Shown one piece after another: positions 24,888 to 32,000 of a stretch of DNA of 32,000 nucleotides; the stretch's first letter is position 1, and every line of letters begins with the position of its first letter. The stretch is from NCBI RefSeq assembly GCF_000341895.1, contig NC_020409.1, forward strand, positions 810,001 through 842,000, given 5' to 3'. The notes under the pieces were generated by a model, which made no database searches, was not told the origin of the DNA, and was given only the letters and a program-made list of their open reading frames with translations. The stretch is from Pseudodesulfovibrio piezophilus C1TLV30 (GTDB lineage Bacteria; Desulfobacterota; Desulfovibrionia; Desulfovibrionales; Desulfovibrionaceae). Both the position numbers and the translations under genes were made by a program.

Positions 24888-25005
24888 GATAAAAGCTCCT
24901 TACGAGCTATAAAACCACACAATACACAGTTATTCAAGACGAACGGAGTGACAATCGCCTCCAGTGGAAAACTCCTTGAATCAATTTCATTGATCTTTCA
25001 GCTCA

Positions 25006-26070
25006 CTAGGCACGCACTCCAAGCCTGCGGTCAAGAAGCAGAAGGTCGGCAATGGTCAGTGCCATCATCGCCTTGAGTACAGGATTGATGCGTGGGATCG
25101 CTGCAATGTCATGACGCCCTCCGATATTAATTCGTGTTGGCTCTCCATGGGTCGTCACAGTCTGCTGCTCGCGAGAAATGGACGGTATGGGCTTGATATA
25201 GGCCCTGGCTACAATATCCTGTCCCGAAGAAATTCCGCCTAGCACTCCACCAGAATTATTTGACAAGAATCCTTCAGGTCCGATGGCATCATTGTTTTCA
25301 CTCCCCAAAGATCGAGCCGCCTGCATACCAGAGCCGATTTCGACACCTTTCACGGCCCCGACAGACATAAGAGCATGGGCCAGACGAGCATCAAGTTTGC
25401 CGAAAACAGGCTCCCCCAGTCCCACGGGAACAGATGTCGCACGGACCTCGACCACACCACCGAGGGTGTCCCCCTGGGATTTGACATCCTTGATTCTTTC
25501 TTCCCAAAGAGCCGGTGCTTTTGGGTCAGGGCTGAAATAAGGTCTGTCCTGTGCTCCCTCAAAATCAAGAATATCTGCCGCTATCCCCCCTAACTCAACG
25601 GTGTAGGCAAAAATGGCAATTCCTTCCGAACGCAAAAGCTCCTGAGCTACGGCTCCTCCAGCCACTCGCGAGACAGTTTCCCTTCCCGAGGATCGTCCAC
25701 CGCCACGATAGTCACGAAATCCAAACTTTCCATTGAGTGTAAAGTCAGCATGGCCCGGACGAAAAACATCCTTGATCTTGGAATAGTCACGGGAACGCTG
25801 GTCTGTGTTTTCAACAGTAAAACCAATAGGGGTACCGGTTGTCATTCCTTCAAAAACTCCTGAAAGAATTCTGACATGGTCCGCCTCCTGCCGGGCTGTT
25901 GAAGCAATCCCGCCCTGCCCGGGTTTTCGCCGATCAAGCTCCAGCTGAAGCATGGATTCATCGAGTGGGATACCTGATGGACAACCGTCAATGATGCCGC
26001 CCAAACCGGGACCATGGGATTCACCGAATGTGCTCAGGGTGAATATTTCTCCAAAAATGTTTCCGTGCAT
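25006..26070 (-). CDS. aroC: Chorismate synthase
   Basis: 354 aa with FGESHGPGLGGIIDGCP, RPGHADF and GGGRSSGRET signature motifs. Confidence 0.97.
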   Translation of the reverse strand: MHGNIFGEIFTLSTFGESHGPGLGGIIDGCPSGIPLDESMLQLELDRRKPGQGGIASTARQEADHVRILSGVFEGMTTGTPIGFTVENTDQRSRDYSKIKDVFRPGHADFTLNGKFGFRDYRGGGRSSGRETVSRVAGGAVAQELLRSEGIAIFAYTVELGGIAADILDFEGAQDRPYFSPDPKAPALWEERIKDVKSQGDTLGGVVEVRATSVPVGLGEPVFGKLDARLAHALMSVGAVKGVEIGSGMQAARSLGSENNDAIGPEGFLSNNSGGVLGGISSGQDIVARAYIKPIPSISREQQTVTTHGEPTRINIGGRHDIAAIPRINPVLKAMMALTIADLLLLDRRLGVRA

Positions 26071-26079
26071 CGAAACTCC

Positions 26080-26739
26080 CTAAAATTTTTCTATCTGCAA
26101 GACATCTTGTGTCTTGCCTATCAGGACGATGACATCCCCTTCTTCGAATCTTTTGTCCGCTCTTGGGACAAAACTGAAATCCGCTTCACCATTCTTTCTG
26201 TAGGCCACGACCTGAACCTGATATCGGTTGGTCAAATCCAGGTCTCGCAATGTTTTCCCGGCCCAACGGTCAATCAGAATCTCCCTGGTGACCACATCCG
26301 CACCCAAGCCGAGATAATCGTGAATCCCCGGAGTCGTGAGGCGGTGTGCCAATTGGAAGGCGACAAATGCCTCAGGAAAAACAACATAAGGAACCCCGAG
26401 TTTATAGAGTACCCGCTCATGCTTTTCGCTGATCGCCTTCACCCATATGTTTTTGACACCCAGGGCTTGCAGATTCAAGACAACTAACAGACTGGCTTCC
26501 ATGGATGATCCGGTCGAAACAATAACCTTTTCCAAGTCCTTGAAACCGATTTGCTCCAGCGCTTTCTCATCTGTGGCATCAGCCTGAAAAACTTGCGCCA
26601 ACTTATCTTGCGCACGACGAACATGTTCGTCATTCAGATCCACACCGACAACATCATGGCCAAGGTTGGCAAGGGCTTCCGCAAGAGAAAAACCGAATTT
26701 CCCGAGCCCGATAACCCCAATTTCCATTTTTCCAGCCAT
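26080..26739 (-). CDS. TrkA-family (KtrA-like) potassium uptake regulatory subunit
   Basis: 219 aa with the Rossmann RCK_N motif IGVIGLGKFG and a C-terminal TrkA_C domain. Its stop lies 9 nt before the aroC start. Confidence 0.9.
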   Translation of the reverse strand: MAGKMEIGVIGLGKFGFSLAEALANLGHDVVGVDLNDEHVRRAQDKLAQVFQADATDEKALEQIGFKDLEKVIVSTGSSMEASLLVVLNLQALGVKNIWVKAISEKHERVLYKLGVPYVVFPEAFVAFQLAHRLTTPGIHDYLGLGADVVTREILIDRWAGKTLRDLDLTNRYQVQVVAYRKNGEADFSFVPRADKRFEEGDVIVLIGKTQDVLQIEKF

Positions 26740-26753
26740 CTATTTCTCCTGAC

Positions 26754-28130
26754 CTAGCCAAGCGGCAGGTCGCCTGTCGGCAACTTGTAGCGTCGCTCTG
26801 TCTGCCAACTTTGCAGAGCAGACAAAAGCCACATCGGCCCAAGCCTGCCAACAAACATGAGGACAATTATCATCACTTTCTCCGCTGTATTAAGATTAGC
26901 TGTCAAGCCTGTGGAGATTCCCACCGTTCCAAAAGCGGAGATGACCTCGAACATATTCACCATAAATTTGCCACGCCCCATCAGATACGACGCTCCCGCA
27001 CTCTCAAGTGTGGTCAGGACCATGGTTCCGAGAATCACCAGCAGGACGGAAACCATGAATAATGTCAAGACCTTATTCAAAGCCTCACTGCTCAGCGCAA
27101 AGCGACTTACCTTGACTTGGGAATGCCCCTTGAACTGCGCGACCACAAAACTGCACAGTGCTCGGAAAGAGGTCGTCTTGATACCACCGGCACAGGACCC
27201 CGGAGATCCACCAATGAGCATCAGCCCCATCATGAAGACAAGGGAAACATTGGACATACTCCCGATATCGACAGTGTTGAATCCCGCTGTGCGGCATGTC
27301 ACGGATTGAAAGAGCGCTGTCAGCACGCGCTCACTCATGCTCGCTGGAGCATTATTCGCAGCACTTTCAGCGGAAAAAATAACAATCGCCCCCGCAATAA
27401 CTAAAAAGAATGATGTCTTGAGTACAATGGAAGAATGCCAACTGAGAAGTGGGACACCTCGACGAATGGCTCTTTTGTTCAGGATCATTTTTTTCAGTAA
27501 TGACGAACATTCATAGAGGACATAAAAGCCCAGCCCTCCGGCAGTGATGAGCACGATGAAGACCATGTTGATACCCGCATGGTTACTCCACTGGCTTAAG
27601 CTATCTGAATAAAGAGAGAATCCTGCGTTGCAAAATGCTGAAACAGAATGGAAAATTGCTGAATATGGAGAAAATCCAATTGGGTCCATCCACCAGAGGG
27701 CAAATGCTCCCAATCCTTCAAGGACAAATGTTGCAATGACGATCCGCCCCAGGAACTTCACCAGGCTGAACGAGGGGTCATGTAACAGACTTTGTCCCAC
27801 TGCCATTCGGTCACCAAGAGAAACATGCTTGCCAAAAAGATAGATAAAAAGCGTGGTGAACGTCATAATTCCCAATCCACCAAATTGAATAAGAATCAGG
27901 ATGACATCCTGGCCGAGCACAGAAAAAAAAGACCCGGTATCAACCACGATCAACCCGGTCACACACATGGCGGAAGTCGCAGTAAACAAGGCATCAACAA
28001 AGGACAAAGGGCCACCGGGATGACTGACATCCAGATGCAAGATAATCGTCCCAATCAAAATAGCCCCGGCAAAGAACCATACGGGCAACCAATATGGAGA
28101 TAAAAACTTGATTCGCATATACTCCCTCAA
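26754..28130 (-). CDS. TrkH/KtrB-family potassium transporter membrane subunit
   Basis: 458 aa, polytopic, with repeated pore-loop motifs (TATSAMCVTGL, VSAFCNAGFS, CRTAGFNTVD, FGTVGISTG). Confidence 0.9.
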   Translation of the reverse strand: MREYMRIKFLSPYWLPVWFFAGAILIGTIILHLDVSHPGGPLSFVDALFTATSAMCVTGLIVVDTGSFFSVLGQDVILILIQFGGLGIMTFTTLFIYLFGKHVSLGDRMAVGQSLLHDPSFSLVKFLGRIVIATFVLEGLGAFALWWMDPIGFSPYSAIFHSVSAFCNAGFSLYSDSLSQWSNHAGINMVFIVLITAGGLGFYVLYECSSLLKKMILNKRAIRRGVPLLSWHSSIVLKTSFFLVIAGAIVIFSAESAANNAPASMSERVLTALFQSVTCRTAGFNTVDIGSMSNVSLVFMMGLMLIGGSPGSCAGGIKTTSFRALCSFVVAQFKGHSQVKVSRFALSSEALNKVLTLFMVSVLLVILGTMVLTTLESAGASYLMGRGKFMVNMFEVISAFGTVGISTGLTANLNTAEKVMIIVLMFVGRLGPMWLLSALQSWQTERRYKLPTGDLPLG

Positions 28131-28212
28131 AACAACGGAATCCGAAGAAGCAGCCTTCGGAGTACCGCCTCCAGCAGTCTATATGCCTCTCTCCCTCAGC
28201 TGTCAAAAAATC

Positions 28213-28734
28213 TCAGGAAAGCAGGAGGATTTCACGTTTGATAAACTTGACAATATCGTCCGGTTCACCTTCTGGCGCGATAATATCGGCACACCCTTCG
28301 TAGAGGGCTGCACGTTCTGACAGGACTGATGCGACTTCGTCAACCACTGAATGGCCGGTTAATGAAGGCCGTTGCGCTTCATGAGGGTCACGCTGAAGTC
28401 TGTGGACAAGAACCTCAGGAGCAGTCTTCAAGTAAACAGCCACCCCGGATGCAAGGATAGCGCGATTTGACTCGCGTAAAACAATGCCACCGCCACATCC
28501 GATAACTCGACGTCCACCCGTAGAAACAGATGCCAAAGCCTCTGTTTCCATCTCCCTGAACCCTTCCCACCCGTATCTTTCGACGTAAGGGGCGATCTCC
28601 ATTCCAACCATGTCTACAAAAAAATGATCCGTATCGACAAATTCTGCACCCAGAGAATTCGCCAAAAGACGACCGATACGAGTCTTACCGCATGCCCGAG
28701 GGCCAATAAGAAATATGTTCATATGCAATTCCAT
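28213..28734 (-). CDS. aroK: Shikimate kinase
   Basis: NIFLIGPRACGKT P-loop (AroL-like GPRxCGKT), FVDTD and IGCGGGIVL motifs are present. ATG 28734 has an AGGA SD; ATG 28722 and 28770 are alternative starts. Confidence 0.88.
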   Translation of the reverse strand: MELHMNIFLIGPRACGKTRIGRLLANSLGAEFVDTDHFFVDMVGMEIAPYVERYGWEGFREMETEALASVSTGGRRVIGCGGGIVLRESNRAILASGVAVYLKTAPEVLVHRLQRDPHEAQRPSLTGHSVVDEVASVLSERAALYEGCADIIAPEGEPDDIVKFIKREILLLS

Positions 28735-28863
28735 GCACAGAATCCTAAAGGAAAACAACGCTCCAGACAATGCTTGTTCCTTAGCAGGGAAAAGGGGATA
28801 AAAAATATGGCCTGTTACAAGCTTTCACTTGCCCTATATCGCAATAGTAATTAATATTATTAT

Positions 28864-29082
28864 ATGAAGACAAATAATACATGCCCAAAGATGCGAGAGG
28901 TTGCCCTTGAGTTAGGCGATTGCCGCTTATGCCAAGGATGTACTGAGTTGAATCCGGATATTTTCGAATGGGACGAAGTGCTCGATATGCCTTATGTTTG
29001 CCGCTCCGAAGTGACGGAAGAAGAGGTACGCGATATTATGAATGCATGCCCTGAAGGATGTATCGTTTTCGTGGATTGCTAA
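28864..29082 (+). CDS. Small ferredoxin (single Fe-S cluster type)
   Basis: 72 aa with CRLCQGC...ACPEGC, a CxxCxxC...CP pattern. The start is uncertain (ATG 28864 or 28891); neither has a clear SD. Confidence 0.65.
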   Translation: MKTNNTCPKMREVALELGDCRLCQGCTELNPDIFEWDEVLDMPYVCRSEVTEEEVRDIMNACPEGCIVFVDC

Positions 29083-29083
29083 C

Positions 29084-29111
29084 AAATCGGGCAGCTCTGA
29101 CTGCCCGATTT
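29084..29111 (+). terminator. Terminator hairpin after the ferredoxin gene
   Basis: Stem AAATCGGGCAG (29084-29094) / CTGCCCGATTT (29101-29111) with only a short U-tract. Confidence 0.55.
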
Positions 29112-29192
29112 TCCAAGCTACCATACTAAGGCCTCACTGTTTCATCACGATTTCTTTTCCCTTCAATTCAGTGTCCCCACTTTCTACAACTG

Positions 29193-29753
29193 TCATTTTG
29201 GGGGTAAAGAACATGATTCACTACAACAGGTTCCATACAAAAATCCACAATAGGTATGAAAGACTCGGGTTTGCTTTTCTCGTTGCTCTTCAGTCAGAGG
29301 GCGTGTTTCTACCTCATGGGTCATCTGAAGCAGATCCTCATAGTTTGGGACCGCATTCATGGACCGAGCTATGACTTCACCTGTCATGACATCTATCAAA
29401 GAGGCATCCATGGTGTCGGTCACCAATGCGTAAGCAACAGGACCGCCATCAAGAAGGCGTCCAGCACACACAGTTTCCCGCTCATAACTCCCGACTTCTC
29501 CTGAACAAAAAAGGATAACCAGAACAGGTCTCCCCATTTTATCATACACAACGAAATCCAATGGGCGCTCATACTCTTCGCCATCAATGCAGTAGCGTAA
29601 TTTCACTTTCCCCTTTATCTGTTGCAGAGGATACCCTTTTTCTTCTACCAAAAATCGTCCCAAAGCTTGTCGAAATTCCTCGAATGTGGTTTCGTCAATT
29701 TCTTCTCCTGTCAAATAATCTCTGAGTGTACCGCCTAAACTTGTCTCATGCAT
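29193..29753 (-). CDS. Type I restriction enzyme HsdR N-terminal domain-like (PD-(D/E)xK fold) protein with a Cys-rich tail
   Basis: The N-terminal DYLTGEEIDET...FRQALGRFLVEEKGY pattern is as I recall for HSDR_N_2-family stand-alone proteins. AGGAGG SD lies upstream. The C-terminal tail reads YCGFLYGTCCSESC. Confidence 0.7.
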   Translation of the reverse strand: MHETSLGGTLRDYLTGEEIDETTFEEFRQALGRFLVEEKGYPLQQIKGKVKLRYCIDGEEYERPLDFVVYDKMGRPVLVILFCSGEVGSYERETVCAGRLLDGGPVAYALVTDTMDASLIDVMTGEVIARSMNAVPNYEDLLQMTHEVETRPLTEEQREKQTRVFHTYCGFLYGTCCSESCSLPPK

Positions 29754-29848
29754 GATACTCCTCCTTACCCAAGAAGATAAAACCGCTCATCTCGCAAAGC
29801 AAGTGCTGTCAAACACATCCCCACAGCAACCACAACAACTCGTTTGGC

Positions 29849-29883
29849 AAAAAAAAGGGGGTGAAGGTCATACCCTCCACCCC
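29849..29883 (-). terminator. Rho-independent terminator of the nuo operon
   Basis: The minus strand reads GGGTGGAGGG-TATGA-CCTTCACCC followed by CCTTTTTTTT (plus-strand A-run 29849-29856). Confidence 0.8.
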
Positions 29884-29906
29884 ATCACACCATTTCAAAT
29901 AAGTCT

Positions 29907-31355
29907 TTAATGCCCGCCACCAACAGCGACAATACCGAACAGACTTTTGCCGGCCGCAACAGCGAAATTGAAGAGCGGTGCCGGGATTATCCCGGCCAGC
30001 AAAACAGCTGCGGCCAACATTCCGGCCCCGGCAGAGGCAAACCAGCCATTATCCGGCACAGGGCTTGAGTCGGAAGCTGTGTCTTCTGTGAAAGCATGCC
30101 GAAACAACCCGAGATAATAATAAATAGCCAGAGCTGAATTCAACACAAGCACTATGACCAACCAGTTATATCCGTGTCCCCAAGCCGAGGTGATGAGGAA
30201 GAATTTCCCCATGAAGCCCATTGTTGGAGGCAGCCCGACAAGAGCAAAAGCTCCGGCTGCAAGTGAAAAAGCCAGTACCGGTGCCTTCTTATAAAGCCCA
30301 TTAAGATCGTGAAGTTTGAGATTGCGACCATCCACAGCCACTCGACTGATGATCCAGAAGACCAACAGATTCATGACCAGATAAGCCAATGCATAGAAAG
30401 CAGCCGCAGCCAATCCTTCAGGTGTGCCACTGACCAAACCAACCATGATATACCCAGCATGAGCAACTGAAGAAAATCCAAGAAGACGTTTCAAATCAGT
30501 CTGGACCAATGCCGAAAGGTTGCCGAATGTCATGGAGCAAGCTCCCAAGACAGCGAGAAGCGTTGTCACTTCCAGACCGGGCTTCAAGAATGTTGCCATG
30601 CGAACGAGCACCACGATGGCCCCCATCTTGGGCATGGTCGCCACAAAAGCAGCCGTCTCGTTACTCGCTCCCTGGTAAACATCAGGACACCAGAAGTGGA
30701 AGGGAAACAGAGCCAGTTTGAAGAACATACCGCCTAGGAAAAGGCACAGGCCGGCAACAGCCATCGGGTTGTCAGCAAAATGCCAGTTCTTCCCTGCGAG
30801 TTCAGCAATATACGTCGTGTGCTGACTGGCCATGATGTAGGACAATCCATACAGAGCTAATGCCGTGGCGACAGCCCCGAAAAGGATGTACTTGACCCCC
30901 GCTTCCGCTGCGCCCTTGGATTTGGCTCTAAGCGGAATAATCGCGTACATTGAATAAGAAGCCAGCTCCAATGCCAGGTAAATTGTGATCAACTCGACGC
31001 AGGAAGCCAAAAGCATCAGGCCGAACGTTGAAAAACCAAGCAGCATGTAATAATCCGTTCTCTTCTCATCACTGATCGTCTTCTTACGCGATGCATTGAG
31101 AACGACTACGTAGAACCCAAAAGCTATGACTATCTTGAAGAATTGGGACATCATATCGACTTTGTAAACATCCCAGAACAGATACCCCTGTGAACCATAA
31201 GCGACAATTGAAACGAAAAAGCCGAGTCCCGCCCCAAAAGGAAGCCATTTTTCAACATCAGGTTTCCACTCCCTTGTGCCGCAGCTCTGAATCATCAGTG
31301 CAACGACAAGGAGAAGAAAATAGAGTTCCGGGACAATGAGTGTAATGTGAGACAC
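29907..31355 (-). CDS. nuoN: NADH-quinone oxidoreductase subunit N
   Basis: A polytopic antiporter-like subunit with typical NuoN motifs (LELASYSMY, FKLALFPFHFWCPDVYQGAS). GTG 31355 has an AAGGGGG SD right after the nuoM stop. ATG 31391 (ORF track) would overlap nuoM by 23 nt. Confidence 0.9.
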   Translation of the reverse strand: MSHITLIVPELYFLLLVVALMIQSCGTREWKPDVEKWLPFGAGLGFFVSIVAYGSQGYLFWDVYKVDMMSQFFKIVIAFGFYVVVLNASRKKTISDEKRTDYYMLLGFSTFGLMLLASCVELITIYLALELASYSMYAIIPLRAKSKGAAEAGVKYILFGAVATALALYGLSYIMASQHTTYIAELAGKNWHFADNPMAVAGLCLFLGGMFFKLALFPFHFWCPDVYQGASNETAAFVATMPKMGAIVVLVRMATFLKPGLEVTTLLAVLGACSMTFGNLSALVQTDLKRLLGFSSVAHAGYIMVGLVSGTPEGLAAAAFYALAYLVMNLLVFWIISRVAVDGRNLKLHDLNGLYKKAPVLAFSLAAGAFALVGLPPTMGFMGKFFLITSAWGHGYNWLVIVLVLNSALAIYYYLGLFRHAFTEDTASDSSPVPDNGWFASAGAGMLAAAVLLAGIIPAPLFNFAVAAGKSLFGIVAVGGGH

Positions 31356-31368
31356 GTTCCTGGCCCCC

Positions 31369-32000
31369 TTATTTCTTGTCCGCCAAGACACTCAGGATGT
31401 CATTGGCGGCAGTTTGCATGGGTTGTTCGGCTTCAAGATGAGCCACTTTACGCTTATCGAAATCGTTCAACAGCTTATTGATGGATGGATCAACGATATT
31501 AAAAAACGGAGTGGGAGCCAGCCCTATCCAGAAAACAAAGACCGCTGGAAGAGCCAGATAGACCCACTCACGAGCATTGAGATCTCTCCATTTGCTGGCA
31601 GTAGTAGGCTTTCCCCAAGCCATTTTGAGAGACACGCGGAACATATAGGCCGCAGCAAGCAATGCACCGGGCACACACAGGAATCCGATCCATGTATTCT
31701 CCTGGAATGCCCCCACAAAAACCAGAATTTCACCCACAAACCCATTGGTTCCCGGGAATCCCAGAGAGGAGAGGGCCATCAGTCCCCAGAAGAACATGAA
31801 AGCAGGCATGTATTTGCCCAAGCCCATATTGTCTGAAATCTCACGACTGTGGCTTCGTTCATACACAGCACCTATCATCATGAAGAGTGCACCCGTGACG
31901 ATACCATGGTTGAGCATCTGGAAAAGCGCTCCCTCCACGCCTCGCATGTTGAAGAGGAAAATGCCAAGGGTTACGAACCCCATATGCCCTACCGAAGAGT
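31369..32000 (-). CDS. nuoM: NADH-quinone oxidoreductase subunit M, C-terminal part (5' end outside the window)
   Basis: The ORF is open to the window edge. The translation (GALFQMLNHGIVTGALFMMIGAVYERSHSREI) is typical of NuoM. Confidence 0.9.
   Translation of the reverse strand, partial: SSVGHMGFVTLGIFLFNMRGVEGALFQMLNHGIVTGALFMMIGAVYERSHSREISDNMGLGKYMPAFMFFWGLMALSSLGFPGTNGFVGEILVFVGAFQENTWIGFLCVPGALLAAAYMFRVSLKMAWGKPTTASKWRDLNAREWVYLALPAVFVFWIGLAPTPFFNIVDPSINKLLNDFDKRKVAHLEAEQPMQTAANDILSVLADKK

Noticed and set aside
25044-25070. A sigma-54 promoter-like string on the minus strand, TGGCACTGACCATTGCC, upstream of the 24420..24887 gene.
   Set aside because: The GG-to-GC spacing is 11 nt rather than 10, and the element lies inside the aroC coding region.
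1-32000. A search for CRISPR arrays, IS elements with terminal inverted repeats, integrases, toxin-antitoxin pairs and defence-island gene content.
   Set aside because: I saw no regularly spaced direct repeats, no transposase, integrase or recombinase-like ORFs, and no tRNA attachment site. The repeated GC hairpins all sit at gene ends and behave as terminators.

Overview
This is a gene-dense, mostly housekeeping chromosomal window of about 50% GC. Gene content (split gcvPA/gcvPB, sigma-54 activator, NikR, Nuo, a Sec-type glutaredoxin-like gene) suggests a Desulfovibrionales-type anaerobe; that attribution is inference only. Plus strand: truB (3' part)-rpsO-pnp, a small glutaredoxin-like gene, gcvH-gcvPA-gcvPB-lpd-yhcH, a decayed rhodanese gene, two unknown genes and a ferredoxin. 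Minus strand, listed in window order from the right: nuoM-nuoN, an HsdR_N-like gene, aroK-trkH-trkA-aroC plus an unknown gene, a ClC channel, an unknown gene, then a SAM-methyltransferase-nikR-folE2-secreted protein-mini rod protein-FAD oxidoreductase string. That is followed by an orphan substrate-binding protein and a sigma-54 activator -> 1160-aa secreted TPR protein -> Memo-like (AmmeMemoRadiSam B) operon. I saw no rRNA, tRNA, CRISPR array, IS element or integrase. The most notable observations: (1) the glutaredoxin-like ORF ends at a TGA followed by exactly two codons and TAA, with a SECIS-like hairpin, the 'Uxx-star' selenoprotein pattern that gene callers truncate. (2) A NikR-box-like inverted repeat lies in front of a methyltransferase-nikR operon that sits next to folE2 rather than a nickel transporter. 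(3) A receiver-less sigma-54 activator has GAFTHA instead of the GAFTGA loop and heads the TPR/Memo operon. (4) A rhodanese pseudogene carries two independent lesions. (5) A 106-aa minimal flagellar-rod-like protein lies outside any flagellar cluster. I found no clear multi-gene novel system such as a defence island. All functional calls come from reading motifs by eye, without database searches.
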